Assembly: GCA_030390025.1 (NCBI GenBank)
Contig: CM059429.1
Coordinates: 27,838,001-27,902,000 of the forward strand
Direction of reading: 5' to 3'
DNA: 64,000 nt
From: Squalus acanthias
Lineage: Eukaryota
Shown in pieces: positions 1 through 11,894 of this stretch. The translations under genes and the position numbers were made by a program. The notes under the pieces are model-generated. The model did not search any database. It was not told where the DNA came from and saw only the letters and a list, made by a program, of their open reading frames with translations. Positions within the stretch are counted from its first letter, which is position 1; each line of letters opens with the position of its first letter.

Positions 1-284
1 TACCGAATAATAAATCCAATATTGTACAACCTAAAAATTGCAATTGTTTTATGGCTGGTAACTAAGCTGAGCATAAATACCACAGCTATACATCACAGAA
101 GGCTGACTAAATTTCACAGGTGGATTGTACAGAAACAACATTAGCAGCTAGGCTTCCTCCCTGTGTATAACGAGAAAAACGTGAGTTTTTTTAACCACAC
201 AGAAGTTATACTTGGCATACTAACGTGGGACAGGAAGGTATGGATGTGCAAAATTTCAGGAGCTCCTGTGTGCATACACCCTGC

Positions 285-385
285 CCCGTGCTGCACTGGT
301 CTAGAGTATGTGCTCAAATCCTGGAGTGGGGATTGAACCACAACTTTGTGATTCATAGGCAGGAGTGCTACCACTGAAGCAAGAT
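285..385 (-). mobile_element. tRNA-derived head fragment of Deu-domain (SacSINE1-like) SINE
   Basis: Minus strand CAGTGGTAGCACTCCTGCC..GGTTCAATCCCCACTCCAGGATTTGAGCAC (A/B-box-like), similar to the head of the SINE at 17405. Confidence 0.6.
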
Positions 386-429
386 GGCATTCTTACTCAG
401 TAATCTATCATTCTCTGAGCTTATAACTC

Positions 430-1650
430 CGTGTTCACTCAATTCCAAAACCAAAATCTTCAAACCTGCCAACAAAGGGGGCACTGTTGTCATATAGCAG
501 AAGAACCTCTACCCTGCAGAAGCTGAACGCCTACATTCTGATAACTCCTCTGATTTCCCACAGGACCATGACTCCATTATTGCACTTCAAAATATAACTT
601 CAAAGACTGTCACTGGTCTCGCCTTTTCCTGAGACCTTCCCCATGGCCTCCAACTTCGTTGTTCCCCATCTAGCACAGCTCATTTACATGTTCCCCAAAG
701 ACTATCCCAGTAGATCGACTGTTTCAGGCTGCTCACTGTGTCACTGGACAAATTTCCTCTTGCGTTTACTTTTTCTCTTGGTCAGACTCTCCCCATTTAC
801 ATCCATGATTCTTCTTATTTGCTCTGCCACCTTGATGACCTCAAGTTCCCCAGCACTAATTGTCTCCGTTTCACCAAGGTTCTTCTACACCTCCATCCCT
901 CATCAGGATGATTTCTGGGCCTTCTACTTCTTCCTTGAACAACGGCCCAACCAGTCTCCATTCACTACTACCCTCACCACCTGGCTGAACTTGTTCTTAT
1001 CTTTGAACAATTTCTCTTTTAACTACAAAAGCAAAATACTGCAGATGCTGGAAATCTGAAATAAAAACAGAAAATGCTGGAAATACTCAGCAGGTCAGGC
1101 AACATCTGTGGAGAGAGAAACAAAGTTAATGTTTCAAGTCGATGACCTTTCAGCAGAACTGGAAAAAGTTAGAGTCTCTTTTAACTACACTCCCTCCAGA
1201 TAAAAGGTGTCACTAAAGGAACCCAGTTATGTCTGCTCTTTTGAGAAAGTTCCAATTTCTTCCTGACATCCTGTTACATTGATGACTATGTTAATGCTGC
1301 TTCCTGCTCTCACTTTGAAGATGAGAATTCACCAATTATGCTTCCAATTTCTACCCATCCCTCACCATTGCATGTTGACTCTTCCCTTTCTGGACTTCAC
1401 TCTTTCCATTTCTCCCAATGGGCTTTCCATGGATATCTATTACAAGCCCACCTTCTGCCCTACTAGCCTCCACCGGTTGACATTACAGGTCCAGAAATTT
1501 CATCAGAACACAGTTCTGGCAAGGGGGTTCTATGTCCAAGGTGTTCATGTGTTTCTTCTCTTTTTCGGACTGGCACCCCTACTGCATGCTTGCAGAATTT
1601 TTCTGTTTTCATTTCAAACATTCTGCATCTGCAGGTTCTTGCCTTTTTAA
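430..1650 (+). mobile_element. Old degenerate Penelope-like retroelement (RT remnants plus 3' tail)
   Basis: FKPANKGGTVV-like motif at ~460, LYTSIPH at ~885, YIDD at ~1275, DIYYKPT at ~1432; decayed PLE tail at 1580-1650; many frameshifts. Confidence 0.75.
1028..1174 (-). mobile_element. Short PLE 3'-end insertion (family B) with mutated hammerhead
   Basis: Reverse complement of the tail at 45115-45262; 15-bp TSD TCTCTTTTAACTACA (1013-1027, 1175-1189); core reads CTGCTGA..GAAACATT. Confidence 0.85.
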
Positions 1651-1951
1651 TTGTGGGGGCCTTTCCTATATTTTTTTATATTAGCTAAACAGAGGGATCT
1701 GTGGATGGCATACTAGAGGTGACTATGTGGAGTCACCTCTGGTATCAATTGATTTCAGATGAATTCAAAACTATTGAAGTTGAAATTTGTATATTTTTCT
1801 GTAAGTTTTTAAATAGAAATATGTGCTTGTCTGTATAGACAGATCCCTTAATACAGACATTTAAACCACATACTTTATTAAAGAGGGACAGAAAACTGAA
1901 ATCGTGAGCACAAAATAAGACAGTTTCTCAAAGTCTCTCTGCTATTAACAT

Positions 1952-2126
1952 GATGCGGAGATGCCGGCGTTGGACTGGGGTGGACAAAAATGAGAAGTCG
2001 CACAACACCAGGTTATAGTCCAACAGATTTATTTAAAATTACAAGCTTTCGGAGCTATCCGAAAGCTTGTAATTTTAAATAAATCTGTTGGACTATAACC
2101 TGGTGTTGTGCGACTTCTCATTTTTG
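1952..2126 (-). mobile_element. Fold-back PLE mini-insertion (family A)
   Basis: Perfect 69-bp arms 1985-2053/2058-2126 around loop GCTA; unpaired tail 1952-1984 matches the 3' end of the PLE at 13770-13810; TSD TGCTATTAACAT (1940-1951, 2125-2136). Confidence 0.9.
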
Positions 2127-2489
2127 CTATTAACATAGATAGGTAGAGCTCTAACTAAAATAACCAGTTTTAATTCATAAACCATACTAACAAAGGGAGA
2201 CAGCACTGAGGATAATAACTCTCTTTACCGTATGCAAGGTTGTCTGATAATTCAGCAGACTATGATGCCATCTTATACTCCACTGTAGGCAAGAATAATA
2301 ATAAATCTGCAAGGTATCATAATAACAATACCAATACCAAAGCTGTATACTTCATAACTCAGCTTGAGTACCTTCACTTTCTCAACATGGTGCATAGGAA
2401 AGAGCAGAGGAGTGGGACTAATTGGATACCTCAGAGTTGGAACAGGCATGATGGGCCGAATGGCCTCCTCCACAATGTGATCTCTGTGG

Positions 2490-3293
2490 TGAGAAGTTTG
2501 CCTTTTTCGACGTTCAATTGATTTCAGCACTCTGTAATGGGAATTCCGAGTGCAATGCTGCTGTGACGTCATCAAGCTGTCTAAGCAGCCAATCACATTG
2601 CAGAATTCTCACAGACAGGAAACGAGGAAATGCTTTTATCCAGACTTTTAAAAAATGTTACAGACAGCAAAATAAAGATTGGGACTCTCACATGGGAATA
2701 AGGTAGAAGCTGAAATATCACGAACAAACTTTAAAAAAAAGTTTTTTAAAAATTGTAATTTTTATCAAAATGGAGAAATTTGACACTCCACAAATATAAA
2801 AATTAGTTTTTCAGGGCAAGAATATTTGTTTACCAGTTAATACGCTGTTAAAATCCCAGTTACACCTATTCTAACAAGGCTTAACATTTAATGGTTAATG
2901 ACCTTTCGTCAGAACATGAAATGTTAACTCTCTTTCTCCACAGATGCTGCCTGACCTGCTGAGTATTTCCAGCATTTTCTGTTTTTATTTCAGATTTCCA
3001 GCATCCGCAGTATTTTGCTTTTGTATTAACGTTTAATGGGGTATTTAACAGCGATATTAGCGCAGAAAAGCCCAGGTTTTCATCAGTTCCACTGATTTCA
3101 TTGATTGCCAGCTGTGGGGGGAGGGTGGTTCACAGCATAGCCAGTGCCGGAGTAGTGAATGACTGACCGCAACTTCAGGATTTCCGCGTTTAGATGCGCA
3201 TATGCAAAATCCTGAAGTTGCGGTCAGTTTCAGTGGGGTAATGATGGCGAATGCTGTGAGTTCGCCGTCATTACCCACTGCAAATTCCGGGCC
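2490..3293. mobile_element. Harbinger-type MITE (right end intact, left end unclear)
   Basis: Terminus ACTGCAAATTCCGGGCC and subterminal hairpins resemble the reverse complement of the left end of 39358-40279. Confidence 0.65.
2895..3025 (+). mobile_element. Short PLE 3'-end insertion (family B) with an inverted ribozyme fragment at its 5' end
   Basis: Tail matches 45156-45262; TSD TTAAC(A/G)TTTAATGG (2881-2894, 3026-3039); TGACCTTTCGTCAGAAC is the inverted hammerhead core. Confidence 0.85.
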
Positions 3294-3299
3294 AAAAAA

Positions 3300-3575
3300 C
3301 CATGGCTCTGCCTGCTATTTCAGGTAGGCATAAAAGATCCCAAGTCACTATTCAAAGAAGAGCAGTGAGCTCTCCCAATGGTTTGACCAGGATTCCTTCC
3401 TCAACCAACACCTGCAAAAAACAGATTCATCTAATTTTCTGTTCGTGGAACATTGCTGTACACAATTGGTCTACAAAACAACATTGATTGCACTTCAAAA
3501 GCAATTAGTTGGTTGTGAAGCACTCTGGGGTATACTGAGGATGTGATAAAGTGCTATATAAATGCAAGCTCGCTC
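3300..3575 (+). mobile_element. Deu-domain SINE body and L2-like tail
   Basis: Aligns by eye to 18180-18470; ends GCTATATAAATGCAAG. Confidence 0.7.
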
Positions 3576-3819
3576 TTTCCAGTGCAAAAGCTGCATGTGG
3601 CTTTAATACATTCTTAGGTATAACCCTACATGGTTGATACAATTATTTAAGAAACAATTTTCAGATGTGACAGTTCTGCAACACTAAGGCATGGGGAGAG
3701 CAAACTCAACTCTGTGATTGGCTAACAAAGCTTTAACAAACCACTGATCTGCTCACAGGTAACAATGCATTGAGATTGTTTATCAGTGCTTCTCTATTTA
3801 AATGTTCCACCTAATGGGG

Positions 3820-5058
3820 TGACTAATCTAATTGAATTTTTGATGAAGTAACAAAGAGGATTGATGAAGGGAATGCAATGGATGTTGTCTACATGGATTT
3901 TCGGAAGGCGTTTGACAAAGTACCACATAGAAGGCTAGTTAACAAAATTGAGGCTCATGGAATAGGTGGGTCAATAGCAGCTTGGATAAGGAATTGGCTT
4001 AAGGACAGAAAACAGCGAGTTGTGGAAAATGGCTGTTTTTCAGACTGGAGGATGGTAGACAGTGGTGTTCCCCAAGGGTCAGTGCTGGGGCCACCAATGA
4101 CCTGGATATTGGAATACAGAGTAGAATTTCTAAATTTGCCGATGACACCAAACTTGGGGGTGTGGCAAACAGTGATGATGATATCAATCGACTGCAACAG
4201 GACATAGAAAGGCTAGCAGAATGGGCAGACAAGTGGCAGATGGAATTTAATACAGAGAAGTGTGAGGTGATGCATTTTGGCAGAAGGAACAGGGAGAGGC
4301 AATATACACTTAATGGCACAGTTTTAAAGAGTGTGCAGGGACAGAGGGACCTGGGAGTTAATGTACATAGGTCCCTGAAGGTGGCAGGACATATTGAGAG
4401 AGTGGTTAACAAAGCATATGGGATCTTGGGCTTCATAAATAGAGGTATTGAGTTCAAAAGTAGAGAAGCTATGCTAAACCTTTATAAAGTGCTGGTTAGG
4501 CCACAACTGGAGTATTGCATCCAGTTCTGGTCACGACACTTTAGGAAGGATGTGAAGGCCCTTGAGAGGGTGCAGAGGAGATTTATCAGAATGGTTCCAG
4601 GGATGGGGGCTCTTAGCTACAAGGACAGGTTGGAGAAGCTAGATTTGTTTTCATTAGAGCAAAGGAGGTTGAGGGATGATTTGATAGAGGTGTACAAGAT
4701 TATGACGGGTTTGCATAGGCTAGACGGGGAAAGGCTGTTCCCACTAGTTGATGGTACAAGAACTAGGGGACACAGATTTAAGGTTGTGGGCAAGAGATAC
4801 AGGGGGGATGTGAGGGAAAACTTTTTTATGCATCGAGTGGTGAGGACCTGGAACTCGCTGCCGACAGAAGTGGTGGAAGCGGAGACAGTCGATGTTTTCA
4901 AGGGGAGACTGGATAGACACTTGAGGGAAATAAACTTGCAGGGCTACGGGGATAGAGCGGGGGAATGGGACTGACTGGATTGCTCTACAGAGAGCCGGCA
5001 CAGACTCGATGGGCCGAATGGCCTCCTTCTGTGCCGTTATGACTCTGACTCTATGACT
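3820..5058 (+). mobile_element. CR1 LINE, 5'-truncated, RT C-terminal half
   Basis: ORFs 3878-4207 and 4162-4974 with DFRKAFDKVPH, GVPQGSVLGP, KFADD, LEYCIQFW; (ATGACTCT)-like microsatellite tail. Confidence 0.95.
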
Positions 5059-8000
5059 AATGCTGCTCCAAATAATAGGCACTCCAGTAAGTATATCAGT
5101 TTGAATGTATTTGTTTTGTTAAATAACACCTATCAAATAACAAAATCAACTTTGTGATTGCTTAACACAGCTACATAAAATGACTAATGTGCTCACAGAC
5201 AAACACCTTCTCAATACTGGCTAACAGAGACACACACTCCATTATGGTAGAAGAACTGTCTTTCGATATCTATGAATTTCAAAAATATTATTTTTGTATC
5301 AGATTAAATGATTGAAAAATATACAAATTCAATTTTTGCTGGATACTGTCTTTTTAAAATCTCTTTCTGAAAACATTATGCCTGAAGCCCTGAAGATTGA
5401 TACAAAGCTGAAGCTCACTACAGAACTAATTAGACCAATCTGGCTAGTGTTTATTACCTCATATGCAGCTTTTCAGATGAGATTGTAAATCAATAGATTG
5501 GTTTCACTTCACTTCTCTATTCATTTCTATAACCTTGTTAAAAAAGTGGAACGGGTTAGCTCATTAGAAGAATTAATGCCCTTGCCATGGATAGTACTGG
5601 AGCTACAATATGTCACATTGGAGAGCAGCATTAACCACTATGACAGTTTTCCTTTTTACCTTTGCATTGAGATAATATTTAATGGCTGAACATTGCTTGT
5701 GTGAGATGGACAAGAAGTTTTATAAAAGAAATAAAGTCATCCATGATGGCCAAAATTAGGCTCATACATTTGTTAGAGGTAAAGAGGATATGTAATTAGG
5801 GGCAGGGGAGTGGAAGTGGGTTAAATGTTAACAACTTGGATAGTCCCAAGCTATACCTAAGCTGGTCCTGCTGTAGATGCAATTTGTACTTGCCTGCTCT
5901 CTGTCTCTGTTGATTCTCTAGAACTTTTATCATATATGTCATCTCTATATTACCATATTCTTCCAGGTACCCAAAGCAAATTATCTATTTTTAAACTCAG
6001 TTGCTACCATTATAATGGCATCACACTAATAGCTACTACTTTTCAAACCACTGTTAATCAACTATTTTATGTAGGACTAAGTCTTTACTTATTAATACAA
6101 GCTGATCACCTGTAGGTTTGCTTATGGTGAGTTGGAGGTTATGCTGCCGCAAGGGAGAACTGGGTGCTTGGGTGTGAGAGTGGTGCACACGGCTGCTGAA
6201 AGGATTTAGAAAAAAGTTTGTGGAAGATGTGCTCTGAGACAGTGAAGTATGTGTTTTTTTGAAAGAGCCAATCAGGATTTTTTGTTTGTTGGACATTTTG
6301 AATGTGTAATGAACACATACTGCATGCAAGACTTTTAGATGTATAAATAGATCTCCCATGATATTGATCATGGATACAAATTTAAAAAATAAATTGAATA
6401 CATAAATAGATGTACTCCTCACCCTCTGCAGGACTTGCTTAGAACTCGGGAGAGAGAGGAGCAGCAGCCTGAACTTTTACAAGGTCCTGGACTTTGAGGA
6501 CACTTAGCTTTGGATCACTTTGATTCTCACTAATTGAAACTTGACACAGATAGGAGATCAACAGTTTCCTCTTTTGGTTTCCAATTGGGACAGTCTGGAG
6601 CTTGGGTTCCACAGCTATTAGCCAACACTTCTGCAGAATGGAATTGCCTCAGTCATTTCCTGTGATGCAGTGTTCTGTGGCAGGATATTGCTTCATCAAG
6701 TACCCCAGTAAAGAACTTGCACACTCCAGACAGTCAGAGCAGATAAACATGTTAGAATTGTACTTTACAGGCCCCTTTACCTTATAGCCTGAGCAGTTTG
6801 GGTGTTGGGAGAATGACACCAAAACAATTTCCTTGTGTCATTCTCCAATTTTCATATTTTGAATGTCTGTTGGTTGCCACTCAGGAACAAGGAGACCAGC
6901 TCTTCTGCGCATGCTGAGGTGCCCCTGTATGCTTCAAAGAACCATTATTTTCCATTTTTGAAGATTTTCTCCTAAATTCATTTGTATTTTTGCATCTTGG
7001 TACACTGTCTATATTGACAGCATAAATATTCTGTTTTCACATGGATCACATTTTAAAGGGCTAGCCCCATGCAACATATGGATGGTGATGCACTGAACTG
7101 ACTTGGTGTGTTTAAGTCAGTCATGGGTGAGGTCATGCTTCTAGTAGCAGAATGCAAGACCCACAAAAAACAAGTCTCTGCTGCTGTTTGACCAGTCAGT
7201 TTATACACGTCAGCGGTTAGTACGCGAGACCTGTGAATCGACAACACTGGATAAGGTAAAAGCATCTAAACTCATCATTAGCCTCTGCATTGCAAGTCTA
7301 ATGTTGTACAGCTATGACAATTTTATCCAATTTATTTTATATTCTTCCTAACAAACAAAGGTAAATAAAATTATTACACGTTTTCTCATGCCCATATACC
7401 ATTTTCAAAACAAGGACATTTAAAATAAATCTGTGTTCAGGAGATGATGATAAATTATTATACCAGCAGATTTATAATAGGCTTCACTGTGGATTGGGCT
7501 TCAGAGGCCAACAGCAGAAGGAACTGTAGGTTTAAACACTGATCCTGATTATATACTAAGATAAATTAGATAAAATAATGGATAAGTACAGCTGGACAGA
7601 GAACACATTTCCAAGTGGATTAAAATAATAAATACCAGGAATTTTAAGGTTGGCAAAATACAATGAAGGTTTCCTTTATCCTAGAACCATCAAGAAAAAG
7701 CATTCAGACAGGAAAACCGGGAGAATGGAGTGAATTCTTGCTCCAACTGAAAATTTTATTGACGTGGAGACTAATGTTTCTAATTTGTGTTAATGAAGGG
7801 GGTGTTATACCGATCATGAATTTCTGAGTTGCATGTTTGTTCCCTGGAAGATTTATTAATCACCCACCTTGCAGATGACAGCTTGGCGTGGACTATTCAT
7901 TTCTTAGGAGGCTGAAGATGAACTGATTTATAATTCAAGCTGGAAATAATGAACAATTTTCTAACTTTTGATATAAGCTTGTCAAACATATAAGGCATTG

Positions 8001-8527
8001 TCCATATCCCATCTGGAGTACGGTGTGCAGTTGTCAAATAATCACAGGAAGGGGATATCATTATCTTTGGGATGGTACAAATGTATTAAAAAAATTATAT
8101 CGACTGGGATAGTAACAGTGTAAAGGGCAAAGAGGGGGAGGAATTCCTGAAATGTATACAAGAGAACTATCTTGATAATGTGTTTCCAGACCAACGAGGA
8201 AGGAAGCAGAGCTCGATGTAGCTCTGGGGAATGAAGTGGGGGAGCATTTGGGGTACAGTGATCATATCATCAGGTTTAGAATAGTTATAGAAAAGGGCAA
8301 AGAACAATCATGTGTAAAAATACTTAACTGGAGGAGGACTAACTTCAGTGAGTTGATAAGGGGATCTGGCCCAGGTGGATTGGAATCAAAGTTTGGTAGG
8401 CAAAACAATAATTGAACAATGGGAGGCCTTCAAGGAGGAGCTGGTTTGGGTACAGAACAGACACAGTCCCACGAAGGGGAAAGGAAGGGCATCCAAAACT
8501 AAAGCTCCCTGGATGACTAAAGATATA

Positions 8528-9344
8528 GGGGGGGAAATTCGGTATCGCCCCGTTTGGGGCGCAATTATCGGCCAGGTGCAAAGTTTAGCGCCTGGAGCTA
8601 ATTGTCGCCTCCGACTGCAAACTTGGCTTCTATCGCCCCTGGAGGTGATTGGAGCGCTAAATCAGGCGCTACACACCTCTCAAGGCGCTAATGTCGAGGA
8701 GCGAGGCGCTACCTCAGCGCGCTGGCGAAGCTCATGTGATGTCAGTTAGCAATGGAACACAGACACACTGGCGCCGGTCAATTCTTAAAGGGGAGGGTCG
8801 ATCTTGCTCTTCATCCACACCCTGCTCATTGCAGCCTTGAATCTCGGCCTGGAGAGACCTGTGCATCAATTCTGCTGGTAAGAACAATGGAGAGGCCCAG
8901 GGAAAGAGCTGAGAGTGCAGCTACCATAGTTTCTCCCAAATCGATGCAAGGAAGGTCAAATCAAAATGAACCTGCAAAGTGCTGCTCAGTACCCAAAACT
9001 CCTTCTCACAGTGTTGAATCTCTCCAGATGTCTGTCTCTCTCTCAGAATGCGTGGTGCAAAAATGTCGCCGACAAAAAAAGGCAGGAAGCGGCCGCCTTT
9101 AAATAGCGCTCCCCCCAGTCCCTTCCTGACTGCAAAACATTCCCCTCTACCTGTTGTTGCTAGTGGCAGACGGAAAGGCAGGGGGCGCCACTCAATATCT
9201 GGTCCGGGGCGTTGCACACTCGACTGATGTCACGATCTGCGGGCGCAGGAGATCGTGGCAGTAGCGTTTAGCGCCGCTGCAAAATGTCTAGTCAATTTCG
9301 CGAGCGGCGCAAACATCGCTGCGCCCGGGCCCATTAGCGCCCTC
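8528..9344 (+). mobile_element. Harbinger-type MITE family A, copy 1
   Basis: Highly similar to 42095-42972; starts GGGGGGGAAATTCGGT; ATA TSD; right TIR largely deleted. Confidence 0.85.
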
Positions 9345-10345
9345 ATAGAGATTAAAATGAGGGAGAAAAAGGAGGAGGCTTATGACAAATAAGGTTCATA
9401 ATACAGTAGAGGACCAAGTTGAATACATAAAGTACAGGGAATATCTAAAAAAGGGAATGAGGAGAAAAAAGAGAGTATCAGAACAGATTAGTGGCCAACA
9501 TAAAAGGGAACCCAAAAGTCTTTTAGAAACATATAATGTAAAAGCGTAGTGAAAGGAAGGGTGGTGCCGATTAGGGACCAAAGAGGAGATATTCTTGTGG
9601 AGGCATAGCTGAGGTATTAAATAAATACTTTGCATCTGTCTTTACTAGAGAAGAGGATGTTGCCAATGTCACAGTAAAGTAGGAGGTAGTAGCGATTTTG
9701 AATAGGATAAAAATAGATTTAAAAGATGTACTTAAAAGGTTCGGAGTCCTCCACGTAGAAAGATCACCTGGTCTGGATGGGATGCATCCTAGGTTACTGA
9801 GGGAAGGGAGGAAATTGTGGAGGCTCTGGCCACAATCTTCCAATCCTCCTCAGATAAGGTGATAGTTCCAGAGGACTGGAGGATTGCAAATGTTACACCC
9901 CTGTTTAAAAAAGGGGAGAGGGATAAACCCGGCAACTACAGGCCAGTCAGCCTAACGTCGGTGGTGAAGAAACTTTGAGAGACAATAATCCGGGACAAAA
10001 TTAATTGGCACTTGGAAAAGTATGGGCTAATAAATGAAAGTCAGCATAGAGTTGTTAAAGGCAAATCATGTTTGACTAACTAGATTGAGATCTTTGATGA
10101 AGTAACGGAGAGAGTTGATGAGGGTAGCGCGGTTGATGTCGTGTGTATGGACTTTCAAAAGCCGTTTGACAAATTACCACATAATAGATATGTTAGCAAA
10201 ATTAAAGCCCATGAGATTAAAGGGACAGTGGCAGCATGGAAATGAAATTGGCTAAGGGACAGAAAGCAGAGATTAGTGGTGAACAGTTGTTTTTAAGGCT
10301 GGAAGGAAGTATATAGTGATGTTCTCCAGGGATCAGTATTAGGAC

Positions 10346-10573
10346 AACAACAGAAAACGCTGGAAAAACTCAGCAGGCCAGGCAACATCCGTGGAGAGAG
10401 AAACAGAGTTAACGTTTCAGGTTGAAACCCTTCATCAGAACTCTGACGAAGGGTTTCGATCTGAAACGTTAACTCTGTTTCTCTCTCCACGGATGTTGCC
10501 TGGCCTGCTGAGTTTTTCCAGCGTTTTCTGTTGTTGTTTCAATTTTCCAGCATCCGCAGTATTTTGCTATCGT
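10346..10573 (+). mobile_element. Fold-back PLE mini-insertion (family B) with back-to-back hammerhead cores
   Basis: ~93-bp inverted arms centred near 10440, unpaired ~37-nt tail, 14-bp TSD ATCAGTATTAGGAC (10332-10345, 10574-10587). Confidence 0.92.
10404..10445 (-). ncRNA. Minimal type I hammerhead ribozyme motif
   Basis: Minus strand CAGAGTT-CTGATGA-AGGGTTTCAACCT-GAAA-CGTT-AACTCTG: 7-bp stem I, conserved core, palindromic ACGT stem III. Confidence 0.8.
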
Positions 10574-11001
10574 ATCAGTATTAGGACCACTGCTATTTTT
10601 GATATATATTAATGACCTGGACTTGGCATACAAGGCATAATTTCAAAGTTTCCAGAAGACATGAAACTCGGAAATGTAGTAAATAGTTAGGAGGATAGTA
10701 ACAGACTTGAGGAGGACATAGACAGACTGGTGAAATGGGCAGACACATGGCAGATGAAATTTAATGCAGAGAAGTGTGAAGTGATACATTTTGGTAGGAA
10801 GAATGAGGAGAAGCAATATAAACAAAATGATATAATTTTAAAAGGGGTGCAGGAACAGAGAAACCTAGGGGTTTATGTACACAAATCCTTGAGGATAGAA
10901 GGACAAGTTGAGAAGGCTGTTAAAAAGCACATGGGATCCTTGGCTTTTTTAATCGAGAAGTCGCACAACACCAGGTTATAGTCCAACAGTTTTATTTGAA
11001 A

Positions 11002-11043
11002 TCACAAGCTTTCGGAGCTATCGATCGCCCCTTCCTCAGGTGA
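11002..11043 (-). ncRNA. Minimal hammerhead ribozyme motif (inverted pLTR copy)
   Basis: Minus strand TCAC-CTGAGGA-AGGGGCGATCGATAGCTCC-GAAA-GCTT-GTGA. Confidence 0.8.
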
Positions 11044-11894
11044 AGTAAAGAGATACAGAATCGCCAAAGCATATATAGATAGAGAACAATGCATGTGTTA
11101 CTTACAAAAGCAGACGACTACATTTAAATCACCCTGACTGTTTATCTGCCGAGGTGTGACAAAAGGCAATCAGGTCACATCAAAGACATAGCAAGATACA
11201 ACTGAGACAATGAGGTGGAGCCACAGGGGGTCCAATGTGTCAAAAGCCGCAGTATGGGAAACGATAAACTTTAAAATTTTTACTTTTTTACTGGGAATCA
11301 CATCTGTTAACAAGCCAACGACGACTCGAGTCTGGATCACGTCATGTATCGTGACATAAACCCAAGATCCCGGTTGAGGCCGTCCTCATGAGTGCGGAAC
11401 TTGGCTATCAGTTTCTGCTCGATGATTTTGCGTTGTCGTGTGTTTCTAAGTCCGCCTTGGAGAACGCTTACCCGCAGATCCGAGGCTGAATGTCCTTGAT
11501 TGCTGAAGTGTTCCCCGACTGGGAGGGAACACTCCTGCCTGGTGATTGTTGCGCGGTGTCCGTTCATACGTTGTCTCAGTGTCTGCATGGTCTCGCCGAT
11601 GTACCATGCCGCGGTGCATTCTTTCCTGCAACGTATGAGGTAGACAACGTTGGCCGAGTCACATGAGTATGTACCATGTACCTGGTGGGTAGTGTCCTCA
11701 CGTGTGATGATGGTATCTGTGTTGATGATCTGGCATGTCTTGCAGAGGTTGCCGTGGCAGGGTTGTGTGGTGTCGTGGTCGCTGTTATCCTGAAAGCTGG
11801 GTAATTTGCTGCGAACGATGGTACTTCTGAGGTTAGGCGGCTGTTTGAAGGCAAGTAGTGGAGGCGTGGGGATGGCCTTAGCGAGGTGTTCGTC

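Noticed and set aside
6050-7950. Possible ancient L1/L2 remnants or exons
   Set aside because: Only faint motif echoes; too degenerate to support a call by eye
8752-9102. 116-aa ORF repeated at 42321-42671 as a possible novel gene pair
   Set aside because: Both lie inside copies of the same MITE and have no recognisable domain; similarity reflects recent transposition
10293-10612. Near-identical peptides MERETELTFQ on both strands
   Set aside because: Artefact of the palindromic PLE insertion
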